From the IMG/VR virus record IMGVR_UViG_3300005611_000048, positions 1 through 48,034 of that record: a stretch of DNA of 48,034 nt. One strand, given 5' to 3'. The notes below the pieces were generated by a model. That model did no database searches, was not told where the DNA came from, and saw only the letters and a program-made list of their open reading frames with translations. Source of the DNA: a virus. Its lineage: Duplodnaviria > Caudoviricetes. This document shows positions 1 through 9,189 of the stretch, piece by piece (position 1 is the stretch's first letter; every line of letters begins with the position of its first letter). Made by a program: the position numbers and the translations under genes.

Positions 1-144
1 GTTCCGAGTACGCTTTCGGCAAGTGCCGACTCCCCTATTATTGTTAATAAAGGGGCGGCTTTAAATGTCATTGAAAATCATCCGGCCAGTGGTGGCGGCG
101 GTGCAGATGTAGGTATCCTTTCAAACTCAATTATAACACAATAA
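1..144 (+). CDS. 3' end of a gene truncated by the window start (hypothetical, possibly virion protein)
   Basis: Frame 1 is open from base 1 to TAA at 142-144 (VPSTLSASADSPIIVNKGAALNVIENHPASGGGGADVGILSNSIITQ*), followed by an RBS and the next gene at 159. Confidence 0.55.
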   Translation, partial: VPSTLSASADSPIIVNKGAALNVIENHPASGGGGADVGILSNSIITQ

Positions 145-158
145 GGTAATTTTAAATC

Positions 159-464
159 ATGACACAAGAAATCTTTAATGATACTAGTGCCGCTCAAGAT
201 GTTTATGTTTGGGTGAGAAGCTCTGAAGCTACAGTAGGCTTATACTCAAATGGTGTAAACACTATCCCTATTAAACATTTTGACGGTAACGATTACGACA
301 GGACTTACCTATCTGGAGGCTCTGTTGTACAAGTAGACTCTAGTAATAGCCAAGCCTTTATAAGAGGGCCGGGTAAATTTAAGATAGAGAAGCCCATTAA
401 CACGCCTCTACACGTAGCACTACCTACTGATGCTAACGTAAAGGTTAGCCTAGAAGCTCTTTAA
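159..464 (+). CDS. hypothetical protein
   Basis: 101 aa ORF with AAGGT RBS, translationally coupled (TAATG) to the next gene. Confidence 0.75.
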   Translation: MTQEIFNDTSAAQDVYVWVRSSEATVGLYSNGVNTIPIKHFDGNDYDRTYLSGGSVVQVDSSNSQAFIRGPGKFKIEKPINTPLHVALPTDANVKVSLEAL

Positions 465-742
465 TGACTAAGAAGAGGGACTACAAGCGAGAATACGCTT
501 TACAAGGAGCCTCTCCTAAGCAAAAGAAGGATAGAGCCGCACGTAATAAGGCACGTAGACAAGCTATTAAGGCTGGAAAAGTCAGTAAGGGTGATGGTAA
601 GGACATAGGACATAAGAAAGCCCTCAAGTCTGGGGGTTCTCGTTCTACTTCTAACACCAAAGTCCAATCCAGAAAGACAAACCGTAGTCACGGTGGAAAG
701 ATAGGAAATAAGGCAGGTAAAGCTAAAGGTGGCAGAAAATAA
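464..742 (+). CDS. small basic HNH-like protein upstream of terminase
   Basis: RAARNKARR...KGDGKDIGHKKALKSGGS..SN...SRKTNRSH resembles packaging-associated mini-HNH proteins; overlaps the terminase start. Confidence 0.65.
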   Translation: MTKKRDYKREYALQGASPKQKKDRAARNKARRQAIKAGKVSKGDGKDIGHKKALKSGGSRSTSNTKVQSRKTNRSHGGKIGNKAGKAKGGRK

Positions 743-2291
743 AGTAAAGTTCTGCGGGGAAGTGGTAGAGGGTTTTACTCAAGCATACTTAATGAGTAAG
801 TTTGATGACCCTGTACCTACCCCTGAATTTCATAGGGAACTATGGGATCTATTTTGTGACCCTCATCCACGAGTAGCAATAGCTGCTCCACGAGGTCACG
901 CTAAGAGTACCGCGGGTACACACAGTTTTGGACTAGCAGCATTATGTTTTAGACAGAGATCTCATATACTGATTGTATCGGATACTGAGTCACAGGCTGT
1001 AGACTTCTTACGTGATATACGTAACGAGTTAGTAGAAAATGAATTGCTTATAGAGCATTTCGGCATTGAAGGTCTTACCAAAGATAATGAAAAAGAGATT
1101 ATAGGTAGGTTCAAAGACGGTGCATATTTTAGGGTAATCGCCAAAGGCTCCGAACAGAAGATGCGGGGTATTAAGTGGCGTAACAAACGTCCCGACCTAA
1201 TCCTTGGTGACGATCTAGAGAATGATGAGATCGTTATGAATGATGAACGTAGGGCTAAGTTTGAGCTATGGTTTCTCAAAGCACTATTACCTTGTGTTAG
1301 TAAGCGGGGAGTAGTAAGGGTTGTAGGTACTATACTTCACCTTGACTCTATGTTAGAGAATAGGATGCCCCCTTTAAATCATCCTTGTACTAAAACAGAT
1401 GGTTTAAGAGAGTGGTGGGACGAGGAAGCTTATAAAGAGTATTGTAAGGAGCTGAAAAAGGACTATAAGCCTAGAGCTTGGAAGTCATTTCGTTACCGAG
1501 CACATACAAGCCCTAATGATTTTAGTCAGATACTATGGCCAGAACAGTTTAATAAGGAAAGGTTAACTCGCACAAGAAACGAATATATTGAACAGGGTTT
1601 CCCAGAAGGCTACTCTCAAGAGTATCTAAACTATCCCATAGATGATGAGAATGCTTACTTTAAAGCAGCAGACTTTAAACCTATACCTGATGACTTAAGG
1701 GATACACCTTTAACTATGTATGGTGCTGCTGATTTAGCAATATCGGTAAAGGATTCTAGAGCATACACGGTACTTGTAGCAGCAGGAATGGATGCTAGAG
1801 GGTATCTACACGTAAAGGATGTTTTACGTTTTAGGGGTGATGCTAGAGAGATCTTAGATAGGATGTTTGCATTCCATGAACAACATGACTTTGATCTATT
1901 CTTTGTAGAACAAGAAAACATTGCTAGAACTCTAGATGCTTTGATTAAAGAAGAAGAGGTTGAGAGAGGTGTCTATTTACCAATAGAACCTATGACCGCT
2001 TCTCAGGATAAGATTAAACGGGCTAGACCTTTACAGGCTAGACTACGTTCACACAAGATCTTATTTGATCAAGACACTGGATGGTATGCAGATCTATATA
2101 ATGAGATGACGCAGTTTCCCCGCGGTAAGTATATGGATCAGGTGGATAGTTTAGCTTGGATTCCGTTAGGTCTAGAGAAAATAATTAACGCTCCTACTCA
2201 ACAAGAATACGCTGATATGCTTTACGAGGAGGAATACGAGGAGAGTATGAATTATCAAGAGCTTGGTGCTAGTTCAGTTACAGGATATTAA
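729..2291 (+). CDS. terL: terminase large subunit
   Basis: Walker A APRGHAKST, Walker B LILGDDLE, coupling motif VVGT, nuclease acidic motifs AADLA and FPRGKYMDQVDSL. Confidence 0.95.
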   Translation: MAENKVKFCGEVVEGFTQAYLMSKFDDPVPTPEFHRELWDLFCDPHPRVAIAAPRGHAKSTAGTHSFGLAALCFRQRSHILIVSDTESQAVDFLRDIRNELVENELLIEHFGIEGLTKDNEKEIIGRFKDGAYFRVIAKGSEQKMRGIKWRNKRPDLILGDDLENDEIVMNDERRAKFELWFLKALLPCVSKRGVVRVVGTILHLDSMLENRMPPLNHPCTKTDGLREWWDEEAYKEYCKELKKDYKPRAWKSFRYRAHTSPNDFSQILWPEQFNKERLTRTRNEYIEQGFPEGYSQEYLNYPIDDENAYFKAADFKPIPDDLRDTPLTMYGAADLAISVKDSRAYTVLVAAGMDARGYLHVKDVLRFRGDAREILDRMFAFHEQHDFDLFFVEQENIARTLDALIKEEEVERGVYLPIEPMTASQDKIKRARPLQARLRSHKILFDQDTGWYADLYNEMTQFPRGKYMDQVDSLAWIPLGLEKIINAPTQQEYADMLYEEEYEESMNYQELGASSVTGY

Positions 2292-2293
2292 TA

Positions 2294-4297
2294 ATGGTAG
2301 ATGAATATAAGGTAACAGATCAAGAAATCTTTAGTCTGACGAACTTAGCTGAGATCCTTGATGAGGATACCGTAAAGACTTTAGGTAAGGATCTACTACA
2401 CCTAATTGAAGGGGATATAGAGTCCCGTAAAGGATGGCTATCTAGAATGGATGCCGCTATGCGTTTAGCGGTTCAAGTAGTGGAGAAGAAGAACACACCT
2501 TGGGAGAATGCTTCCAATGTTAAAGTTCCGGTAGTAACCAATGCTTGTATACAGTTCCAATCTCGTGCTCTTACGGCATTAGTAGACTCTTCTCAGCCAG
2601 TACGGTGTAAGGTTCTAGGTAAGGATAAGTCTCAAAGCAAACTAGCTAGAGCTATCCGAGTACAGAATTATATGTCTTGGCAGTTATTGCATGACATGGA
2701 GGAGTGGGAAGACGACATGGATCGTCTTTTATTTGTTCTTGCTATGTTAGGTGTTTGCTACAAGAAGACTCACTATAGTCCTCACCTTAAACGTATTGTA
2801 TCGGATATTATCTTACCTCAAGATCTAATCATAAACTACGATGCTAAGAATTTTTATGAAGCACGTAAGACTGAAAGGATTGAAGTAAGTAAGAATGAAG
2901 TATTCGAGCTTAAGGCTGAAGGTCTTTGGTTAGATGTAGATGTAGAGTTCGAGAGACCTGCTAATGATCCCAACAAGGAGCGGGATAACGCTAAAGGTCT
3001 AGTACAGACTCAAAACGTAGAAGATACTCCTATGTATGGTTATGAGTGTCACTGTCTGGTTGATCTAGATAGTGATGGCTACAAAGAGCCTTACGTAGTG
3101 ACTATGGATAACAAAGGTACAATTGTAAGGATTACTCCTCGCTTTGAAGAAGAGGATATTATAACTGATGATAAGGGTAATCTAATTAAGATTGAAGCTG
3201 AGAATTACTTTACTCAGTATATCTTTATTCCTGATCCTCACTCATCTGTATCTGGTATTGGTTATGGTGTATTACTTGGCCCTAATAATGAAGCCGTAAA
3301 CACAATGATTAACCAACTAATAGATGCCTCCACTAAGTCAGTAATGGGTGGTGGATTTATTGGTAGAGGTGCTAGACTTAAAGGTGGAAGGTTGAAGCTG
3401 GCTATGGGTCAATACACTCATGTACCAGTATCAGGAGATGACTTACGTAAGAATATAGTTGATGCTCCAGTACCTAAACCAGATCCTACTATGTTTCAGC
3501 TTGCAGTATTCTTAATGAATCAGGCTGAGAGTACAGGTAGTCTTACTGATATGATGCAGGGTCAAAACCCCGGACAGAATCAGAAGGTTGGTACTACAAT
3601 GGCTGTCCTTGAAGAAGGTATGAAGGTTTATCAGTCTATACATCGACGACTTCATAGGGCATTCTCTAGAGAGCTTGTACAACTATACAAGCTAAACAGG
3701 ATGTTCTTCAACGAGCAAGAGTATAACGCTTTACTTGATGAAGTACCTTCAGAAGAAGAGATACAACAAGTAATCGCTCAAAATGGTGGTAACGAGCAGC
3801 AGCTTCAAATGGCTCTGGAGAAGCGTCAAGCTATGTTAGAGGCTGGAGAGAAGGACTTTGCAGAGGAAGGGTTAGATATTATACCTAACTCAGATCCTAA
3901 GTCAGTATCTCAATCACTACAACTTATTAAATCACAAAGCCTATTAGAAAAGATGATGATCTTAGGCTTGAATAGACAGGAAGTTGCAAAACGTGTGTTA
4001 GCAGCAGAACAGCATCAGGATGTAGAAGCCCTAATGCAGCCTAACCCAGAACCACCTTCAATAGAGCAACTAGAGTACCAGTTAGCTGTTATGAAAGAGA
4101 TGAGGGAAGGTGTTACTGCTTATACCAATAACATCAAAACAATCGCAGAGGCCGAGGCTATAGAACCCGGTCGCCAGTTAGAAGCTTACAAAGCTACTAT
4201 GGATCAGATTAATAAGCAACTAGATAGAGAGCAAAATGAAAAGACTCAACAACAAGCACCTGTACAACCTAATAACAGGGGCAATGGAATCAGCTAG
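2294..4297 (+). CDS. portal protein
   Basis: 667 aa directly after terL; PWENASNV, DLDSDGYKEPYVVT and GIGYG motifs typical of podovirus portals; Q-rich coiled-coil C-terminus. Confidence 0.88.
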   Translation: MVDEYKVTDQEIFSLTNLAEILDEDTVKTLGKDLLHLIEGDIESRKGWLSRMDAAMRLAVQVVEKKNTPWENASNVKVPVVTNACIQFQSRALTALVDSSQPVRCKVLGKDKSQSKLARAIRVQNYMSWQLLHDMEEWEDDMDRLLFVLAMLGVCYKKTHYSPHLKRIVSDIILPQDLIINYDAKNFYEARKTERIEVSKNEVFELKAEGLWLDVDVEFERPANDPNKERDNAKGLVQTQNVEDTPMYGYECHCLVDLDSDGYKEPYVVTMDNKGTIVRITPRFEEEDIITDDKGNLIKIEAENYFTQYIFIPDPHSSVSGIGYGVLLGPNNEAVNTMINQLIDASTKSVMGGGFIGRGARLKGGRLKLAMGQYTHVPVSGDDLRKNIVDAPVPKPDPTMFQLAVFLMNQAESTGSLTDMMQGQNPGQNQKVGTTMAVLEEGMKVYQSIHRRLHRAFSRELVQLYKLNRMFFNEQEYNALLDEVPSEEEIQQVIAQNGGNEQQLQMALEKRQAMLEAGEKDFAEEGLDIIPNSDPKSVSQSLQLIKSQSLLEKMMILGLNRQEVAKRVLAAEQHQDVEALMQPNPEPPSIEQLEYQLAVMKEMREGVTAYTNNIKTIAEAEAIEPGRQLEAYKATMDQINKQLDREQNEKTQQQAPVQPNNRGNGIS

Positions 4298-4562
4298 GCT
4301 AGAAGCTGATGACTTAGACAATGCTATTAGTAAAGAAGACCGTAAGTTATGGTATAACTCCAAGCTTACACAACAATTGTTAGCGCATTTACGTTTAGAG
4401 TATTTCGACGTACTTTCACAAGTAGCGGTAGGAGACTTTAATACGGTAGATGAACTTGCAATACAACACTCGCAGCAAAAGGCGGTGTTGGAACAACTAG
4501 AAAATGTAGTAGACTTCATAGAGGAAACAAAACTAGACCATGACAATAAACTGGAAGCCTAA
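4284..4562 (+). CDS. hypothetical protein (head module)
   Basis: ORF 4236..4562; the likelier start is ATG 4284 after AGGGG; lies between portal and GroES. Confidence 0.65.
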   Translation: MESARLEADDLDNAISKEDRKLWYNSKLTQQLLAHLRLEYFDVLSQVAVGDFNTVDELAIQHSQQKAVLEQLENVVDFIEETKLDHDNKLEA

Positions 4563-4857
4563 AGGTTATCGAGTAGTAATAAAACCTAAAGACGTTGAAG
4601 AGGTTGATGAGAAGTCAGGTATTATACTTAAGACTAGGGTTGATAATCTTGACAAAGCCAAGGAAATTGTAGGGGTTGTTCTAGCCGTATCAGATATGGC
4701 ATGGCAATGGACAGACTCCAAAGAGCCTTGGGCTAAGGTAGGTGATACCGTAGCATTTGTACAATATAGTGGAAAGGTTTTAGAAGACCCTAAAACTGGA
4801 GAAACTTATACAATCATCAACGACGAAAACATAGTAGCGGTGCTAGACGATGAGTAA
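4540..4857 (+). CDS. groES: co-chaperonin GroES (Cpn10)-like protein
   Basis: KPKGYRVVIKP, mobile loop SGIIL, GVVLAV, KVGDTV.F.QYSG, YTIINDENIVAVL. Confidence 0.9.
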   Translation: MTINWKPKGYRVVIKPKDVEEVDEKSGIILKTRVDNLDKAKEIVGVVLAVSDMAWQWTDSKEPWAKVGDTVAFVQYSGKVLEDPKTGETYTIINDENIVAVLDDE

Positions 4858-5635
4858 AGAACACGAACAACAAGAAGATAAGGCTCGTGCAAACGGGTGG
4901 AAGCCTTTAGAAGAGTTTGATGGTAATAAGGATGATTGGATCTCTGCCAAAGAGTTTAATACTCGTGGTAATCTGATCGCCCAGATTCAAACTGCTAAAA
5001 GCCAAAGCTCTGCACTAAAGTCTGAGATCGACGAAATGAAAGGGACTTTTAAGGAATTCCAAAAATTCCATGAGCAAGCCCTTGAGAACGAAAGAAAAGA
5101 AGCTAAAAAGGAGTTGATGGCAGAGAAAGCTGCCGCACTTAAAGATAATAATACGGATCGCGTGGTAGAGATTGATGAGGACTTAGCTCTTATCCGAGAT
5201 GAGGAGAAGAAAGCTAAAGCTGAAAAACAAGAGAAGCCACAAAAAACTTCAGAAGATCCGGCTGTGCAAAAGTTCGCTCAAGCACATCCAGAGTTTGAAG
5301 AAGATCCCGTTCTACAAGGAGCATTTGCCTCCGTTGTTCAAAAGAATAGAGCACTAGATCCTAGTAAGTCTCCAGCAGAAATCTTGCAAGAGTCCTATGA
5401 CGAACTAGTGGAACTGAAACCCCAACTATTTGACTTTGAGGAAGAAGAGGAAAAGCCTAAGAGACAATCTAAGGTTTCTTCTTATGGTAAAAGGACTTCT
5501 AAAAGTTCGAGTGGTAAGGCAACCGCCGCTGACCTAGACGACTATGCTCGTGAGGTTGGTACAAAGTTTGTTAAGATGGGGTTGATTAAAGACCTAGACA
5601 CTTACGCACAGCAACTAGCGGCTGACGAAGGATAG
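4850..5635 (+). CDS. putative capsid scaffolding protein
   Basis: Charged coiled-coil protein (ARANGWKP.EEF.G...W...KEF N-terminus) upstream of the capsid genes. Confidence 0.65.
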   Translation: MSKEHEQQEDKARANGWKPLEEFDGNKDDWISAKEFNTRGNLIAQIQTAKSQSSALKSEIDEMKGTFKEFQKFHEQALENERKEAKKELMAEKAAALKDNNTDRVVEIDEDLALIRDEEKKAKAEKQEKPQKTSEDPAVQKFAQAHPEFEEDPVLQGAFASVVQKNRALDPSKSPAEILQESYDELVELKPQLFDFEEEEEKPKRQSKVSSYGKRTSKSSSGKATAADLDDYAREVGTKFVKMGLIKDLDTYAQQLAADEG

Positions 5636-5640
5636 AGTAT

Positions 5641-6153
5641 ATGAATACAAAACAGAAAGCACCAAGTATGAAAGAAGCCGGAGCTAATAAGTTGGCTCCA
5701 AAAGCTATGCCTAGTACAACTAAGCGTGTATCACTAGAAGACCAAGAAGATCGGTTTGATATTATTGACCGTGATAACCTAGATACTGACTTCCACTACC
5801 ACTGGGTCTATGACGCAGCAGGTGTTGAGGGGGCTAAGATCGAGGTACTAAAGCAACGTGGATATATGTTTGTACAACAAAACGAGGTAGAAGTAGCCAA
5901 GGCACACGTATTTGATACTCCCGATGACGGAACTATTATTCGTAAGCCTAGCGGTTCATCCGGTGGCTATCTATATTTAATGAAACAACCAATGGAGTTT
6001 TACTTAGAAGATAAAGAGTACAAGGCGAAAAAGGCTAAAGCAGCCGTATCCCGTGTATATGAAAATGATGAGTTAGAAGAGTTGAAGGAAGGACTCGGAG
6101 AAGGGAATGTAACTCAGACTGTTCAAAAATCTTCAGATGTAGGCTTCGGTTAA
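5641..6153 (+). CDS. hypothetical head-module protein
   Basis: 170 aa ORF in the head operon; FHYHWV...GY.FV...LYLMKQP pattern. Confidence 0.7.
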   Translation: MNTKQKAPSMKEAGANKLAPKAMPSTTKRVSLEDQEDRFDIIDRDNLDTDFHYHWVYDAAGVEGAKIEVLKQRGYMFVQQNEVEVAKAHVFDTPDDGTIIRKPSGSSGGYLYLMKQPMEFYLEDKEYKAKKAKAAVSRVYENDELEELKEGLGEGNVTQTVQKSSDVGFG

Positions 6154-6173
6154 TATAATTTTTGAGGTAATTT

Positions 6174-6791
6174 ATGGCTAATGTTGATAATCCTCGCGGA
6201 TTTAAGCCTGTAAAGACACTCTCTGGAGCACCGATTTCCGGTAAGATTAAGAGCTTCCCTGTAAGTTCTTCTTATGCTGGTACTTTGGCGGTAGGTGATG
6301 CTGTATTGCTTAACGCTGGTAATGTGCAACGAGCTGTGTCTGGTTCTGACGTTTTAGGTGTTGTAGCCTATATCGGTTCAGGTACTAGTAATACGACTTT
6401 CGGTGAAGCTGAAAGTTTTGATCCTACAGATCTAACTGATCCCGGCATTCTTCCCGGCTCAACTGGTGGTGTTGTAGGCGTTGTTCTGGCTAATGATGTT
6501 GTGTTTGAGGCTCAGACTGATGACTCTTCTACTGCTCCTGTTGTAGGCGCTGGTCTTGACTTGGTAGCGACTGCTGCTGTTGCAGGCACTAATACACAGT
6601 CAGTAATGGAAGTGGATCACGATGGATCTCCTGCCGCTAATTCTGGTGCTGGTGATGCTAAAGTCTTTGAAGTTCCAGAGTTTAACTCTGAGAACCTTAA
6701 AGCTACAGCTCCGACTAACAAGAATGATGGCACTAGTGCTAATGCAGCAGTACATGTTGTATTTACTAGCCCAACATTCGCGCAGGTATAA
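6174..6791 (+). CDS. putative capsid decoration/minor capsid protein
   Basis: MANVDNPRGFKPV N-terminus, G/A/V/S/T-rich, strong GAGGT RBS, immediately before the MCP. Confidence 0.65.
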   Translation: MANVDNPRGFKPVKTLSGAPISGKIKSFPVSSSYAGTLAVGDAVLLNAGNVQRAVSGSDVLGVVAYIGSGTSNTTFGEAESFDPTDLTDPGILPGSTGGVVGVVLANDVVFEAQTDDSSTAPVVGAGLDLVATAAVAGTNTQSVMEVDHDGSPAANSGAGDAKVFEVPEFNSENLKATAPTNKNDGTSANAAVHVVFTSPTFAQV

Positions 6792-6804
6792 GGAGTAATA
6801 ATTA

Positions 6805-7743
6805 ATGACTATTAATCGTAGTAATTTTGCTAAGCTCCTGTATCCCGGTCTATCCGAGGTATGGGGTGCTAAATATAACGAGTATGCTCCTCAGTACAAG
6901 GACTTGTATGATGAGAAGAGTTCTGCTCGTGCATACGAAGAAGATATGCAACGAATCACTTTCGGCCTTGCACAACGTAAGAAAGAAGGCGAATCACTTG
7001 CATACGATGATCAGCGACAAGGTTATGTAACCCGCTACTCACACATTTCATACGCTCTAGGCTTTATCATCACTCGTGAGATGATGGATGATGACCTTTA
7101 CGGTGAGATTGGTAGTGAAGGTGCAGCTGCCCTCGCATGGTCTATGCGACAAACGAAGGATGTTGAAGGTGCAGATCTGTACAACAATGCATTCCTTGCA
7201 GGATCTAATGGTGCTGATGGTCGCCCTATGTGTGATGCTGCTAACGAGCATTACTCTGGAGGTACTTGGAGTAACTATGTAAACGCTGACCTCTCTGAGG
7301 GTGCGTTGGAATCTGCATGTATTCAAATGTCGAAATGGACTGATGATCGTGGTAAGCGTATCGTTGTTCAACCTGATAAGATTGTAGTTCCAGCAGATCT
7401 TGAGTTTGACATTGCTCGACTCATGAAGTCTGTAGGACGTACTGCTGCTGGCGTAGCTAGTGCAACATCTGATGCAGGTACGGATGCAAACGATATTAAC
7501 GCAATTACTACCTTGGGTAAATTCCCCGGTGGTTACTGTGTTAACAACTACTTCACGAATGCAACAGACTGGTTCATCCGTAATAAGGGTGTACAGAAAG
7601 GTCTTACTTGCTACAACCGTGTAGGTGTTGAGTTTGCACCTGATAATGACTTTGACACTAAGAACGCTAAGTTCTCTGCCTATGAGCGTTACTCTTTTGG
7701 GTACTCTGATAAGCGAGCTATCTTTGGTGGCGAAGGTTCATAA
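6805..7743 (+). CDS. major capsid protein
   Basis: 312 aa, AAGGAG RBS, motifs KLLYPGL, YALGFIITREMMDDDLY and DFDTKNAKFSAYERYSFGYSD.RAIFG; followed by a terminator. Confidence 0.9.
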   Translation: MTINRSNFAKLLYPGLSEVWGAKYNEYAPQYKDLYDEKSSARAYEEDMQRITFGLAQRKKEGESLAYDDQRQGYVTRYSHISYALGFIITREMMDDDLYGEIGSEGAAALAWSMRQTKDVEGADLYNNAFLAGSNGADGRPMCDAANEHYSGGTWSNYVNADLSEGALESACIQMSKWTDDRGKRIVVQPDKIVVPADLEFDIARLMKSVGRTAAGVASATSDAGTDANDINAITTLGKFPGGYCVNNYFTNATDWFIRNKGVQKGLTCYNRVGVEFAPDNDFDTKNAKFSAYERYSFGYSDKRAIFGGEGS

Positions 7744-7750
7744 CCAAGAT

Positions 7751-7780
7751 GGGGGAGGGGTCATCTCTCCCCCTCTTTTT
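7751..7780 (+). terminator. intrinsic terminator after the MCP
   Basis: GGGGGAGGGG-TCA-TCTCTCCCCC stem followed by TCTTTTT. Confidence 0.8.
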
Positions 7781-7795
7781 AATTAAGGAGGAGTA

Positions 7796-8131
7796 ATGGA
7801 TAAGGCACGTAGTAGTAACTTTAGAGCACCTCCTAACTCAGCTAAAGGTAAACATACCAAAGCACCCGGATATAAGCCGGGAGATCATTGGGTAGTGTGT
7901 GACCGTAGTGGAGCACATATCCTAGCAAGTGAGGCAAGGAAAACTTGGGATGGTCTTTTAGTAGCCCCTAGTGATTGGGAGCCTAGACACGAGCAAGACT
8001 TTGTTAGAGGTAGGTCTGATAATACCTCAGTAGAAGACCCAAGACCACAGCCCAAAGACAAATTTATTGAGGTTACGTATACCGCAGATGCGGAAGCGTT
8101 ACCTACATCAACTTTTGGAGATTTAGAATAA
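7796..8131 (+). CDS. conserved hypothetical virion-module protein
   Basis: AAGGAGG RBS; CDRSG...RKTWDGLLV...DWEPRHEQDF pattern. Confidence 0.7.
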   Translation: MDKARSSNFRAPPNSAKGKHTKAPGYKPGDHWVVCDRSGAHILASEARKTWDGLLVAPSDWEPRHEQDFVRGRSDNTSVEDPRPQPKDKFIEVTYTADAEALPTSTFGDLE

Positions 8132-9189
8132 TGGCCTTTTCTGGATCAAATAACTTCAGTGCTACTGCTACAGATATAGTAACTATAGCGTTACGTAAAT
8201 GTGGCGTATTAGGAGAAGGTCAAACTGCAAGTCTAGCTCAAGTAGAGGAATACCTCCTTGAACTTAACATGCTTCTACATAATATGCAAGTAGATGGTAT
8301 GAGTCTCTGGACTGTAGAAGATGTTTACTTATGGCCTTACCTAGAACTAAATGATTATAAGTTTAACGATATAGTAGAAGAGACTAACTTTGGAGCTACT
8401 GAAGAATCTTCACAACGTATAAGGTATAGATTTACTAAAGAGGCTGGTTACTTTAAGACTGAAACTGCATCTGCCGCTGCTGATAATATAGTAATACCTG
8501 ACAAGGTAGTAGAGCTTATTTCAGGAGATGGTGTGCCGGGGGAGGTTATGGCTCCCGGAGATATATTAGCTTGGAAGGATTCTAACAAGCAGTTAAAGTG
8601 GGAGACAATCCAAAGTGTTACTAATATAAGTGGACTTACTGTAGCTGTAGTTAATTCAGGGGTTAGCGGAGTAACTTCGGTTCCAGTAGGGCAAGAGATT
8701 TGGTTTTATAGAAACCTTTATAATAAGAATCCTAAATCTATATTAGAGGCTTATTGTGTAACTGATTCAGAGACAGGTAACAACGTACCTTTAGATATTA
8801 TATCTAGGCAAGGTTATGATAGTCTAAGCTCTTTTAATAACAAAGGAACTGCTAATCAAATCTACGTAGACGAGACTTTACCTAACACCTCAATTAGTAT
8901 TTGGCCTCAAGTGGATGATGAATCAAAGTATATTAAGATGCGGGTACAAAGTCCTGTAGATGATCTTGATACTAGTGGTGATACTATTTACGTAGAGCCT
9001 GAATGGTATATGGCCGTAGCTTTAAAGCTTGCTGAACTAATGGCTCCTGATTGCGGAGTTCCTATAAACCAGCAGTACAGGCTTAGAGATATGGCTGAGA
9101 TGTATTACCAGAAGGCTTTGGACAGTGATGTTGAACATGGTACATCTATACAGTTTGTACCTGAAAATCAGGCTGGAAGGAATTTCTAA
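8131..9189 (+). CDS. head-tail adaptor (P22 gp4/tail tubular A-like) with internal insertion
   Basis: N-terminal DIVTIALRKCGVLGEG...LNMLL and C-terminal PEWYMAVALKLAELMAP helices; located after the MCP. Confidence 0.65.
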   Translation: MAFSGSNNFSATATDIVTIALRKCGVLGEGQTASLAQVEEYLLELNMLLHNMQVDGMSLWTVEDVYLWPYLELNDYKFNDIVEETNFGATEESSQRIRYRFTKEAGYFKTETASAAADNIVIPDKVVELISGDGVPGEVMAPGDILAWKDSNKQLKWETIQSVTNISGLTVAVVNSGVSGVTSVPVGQEIWFYRNLYNKNPKSILEAYCVTDSETGNNVPLDIISRQGYDSLSSFNNKGTANQIYVDETLPNTSISIWPQVDDESKYIKMRVQSPVDDLDTSGDTIYVEPEWYMAVALKLAELMAPDCGVPINQQYRLRDMAEMYYQKALDSDVEHGTSIQFVPENQAGRNF

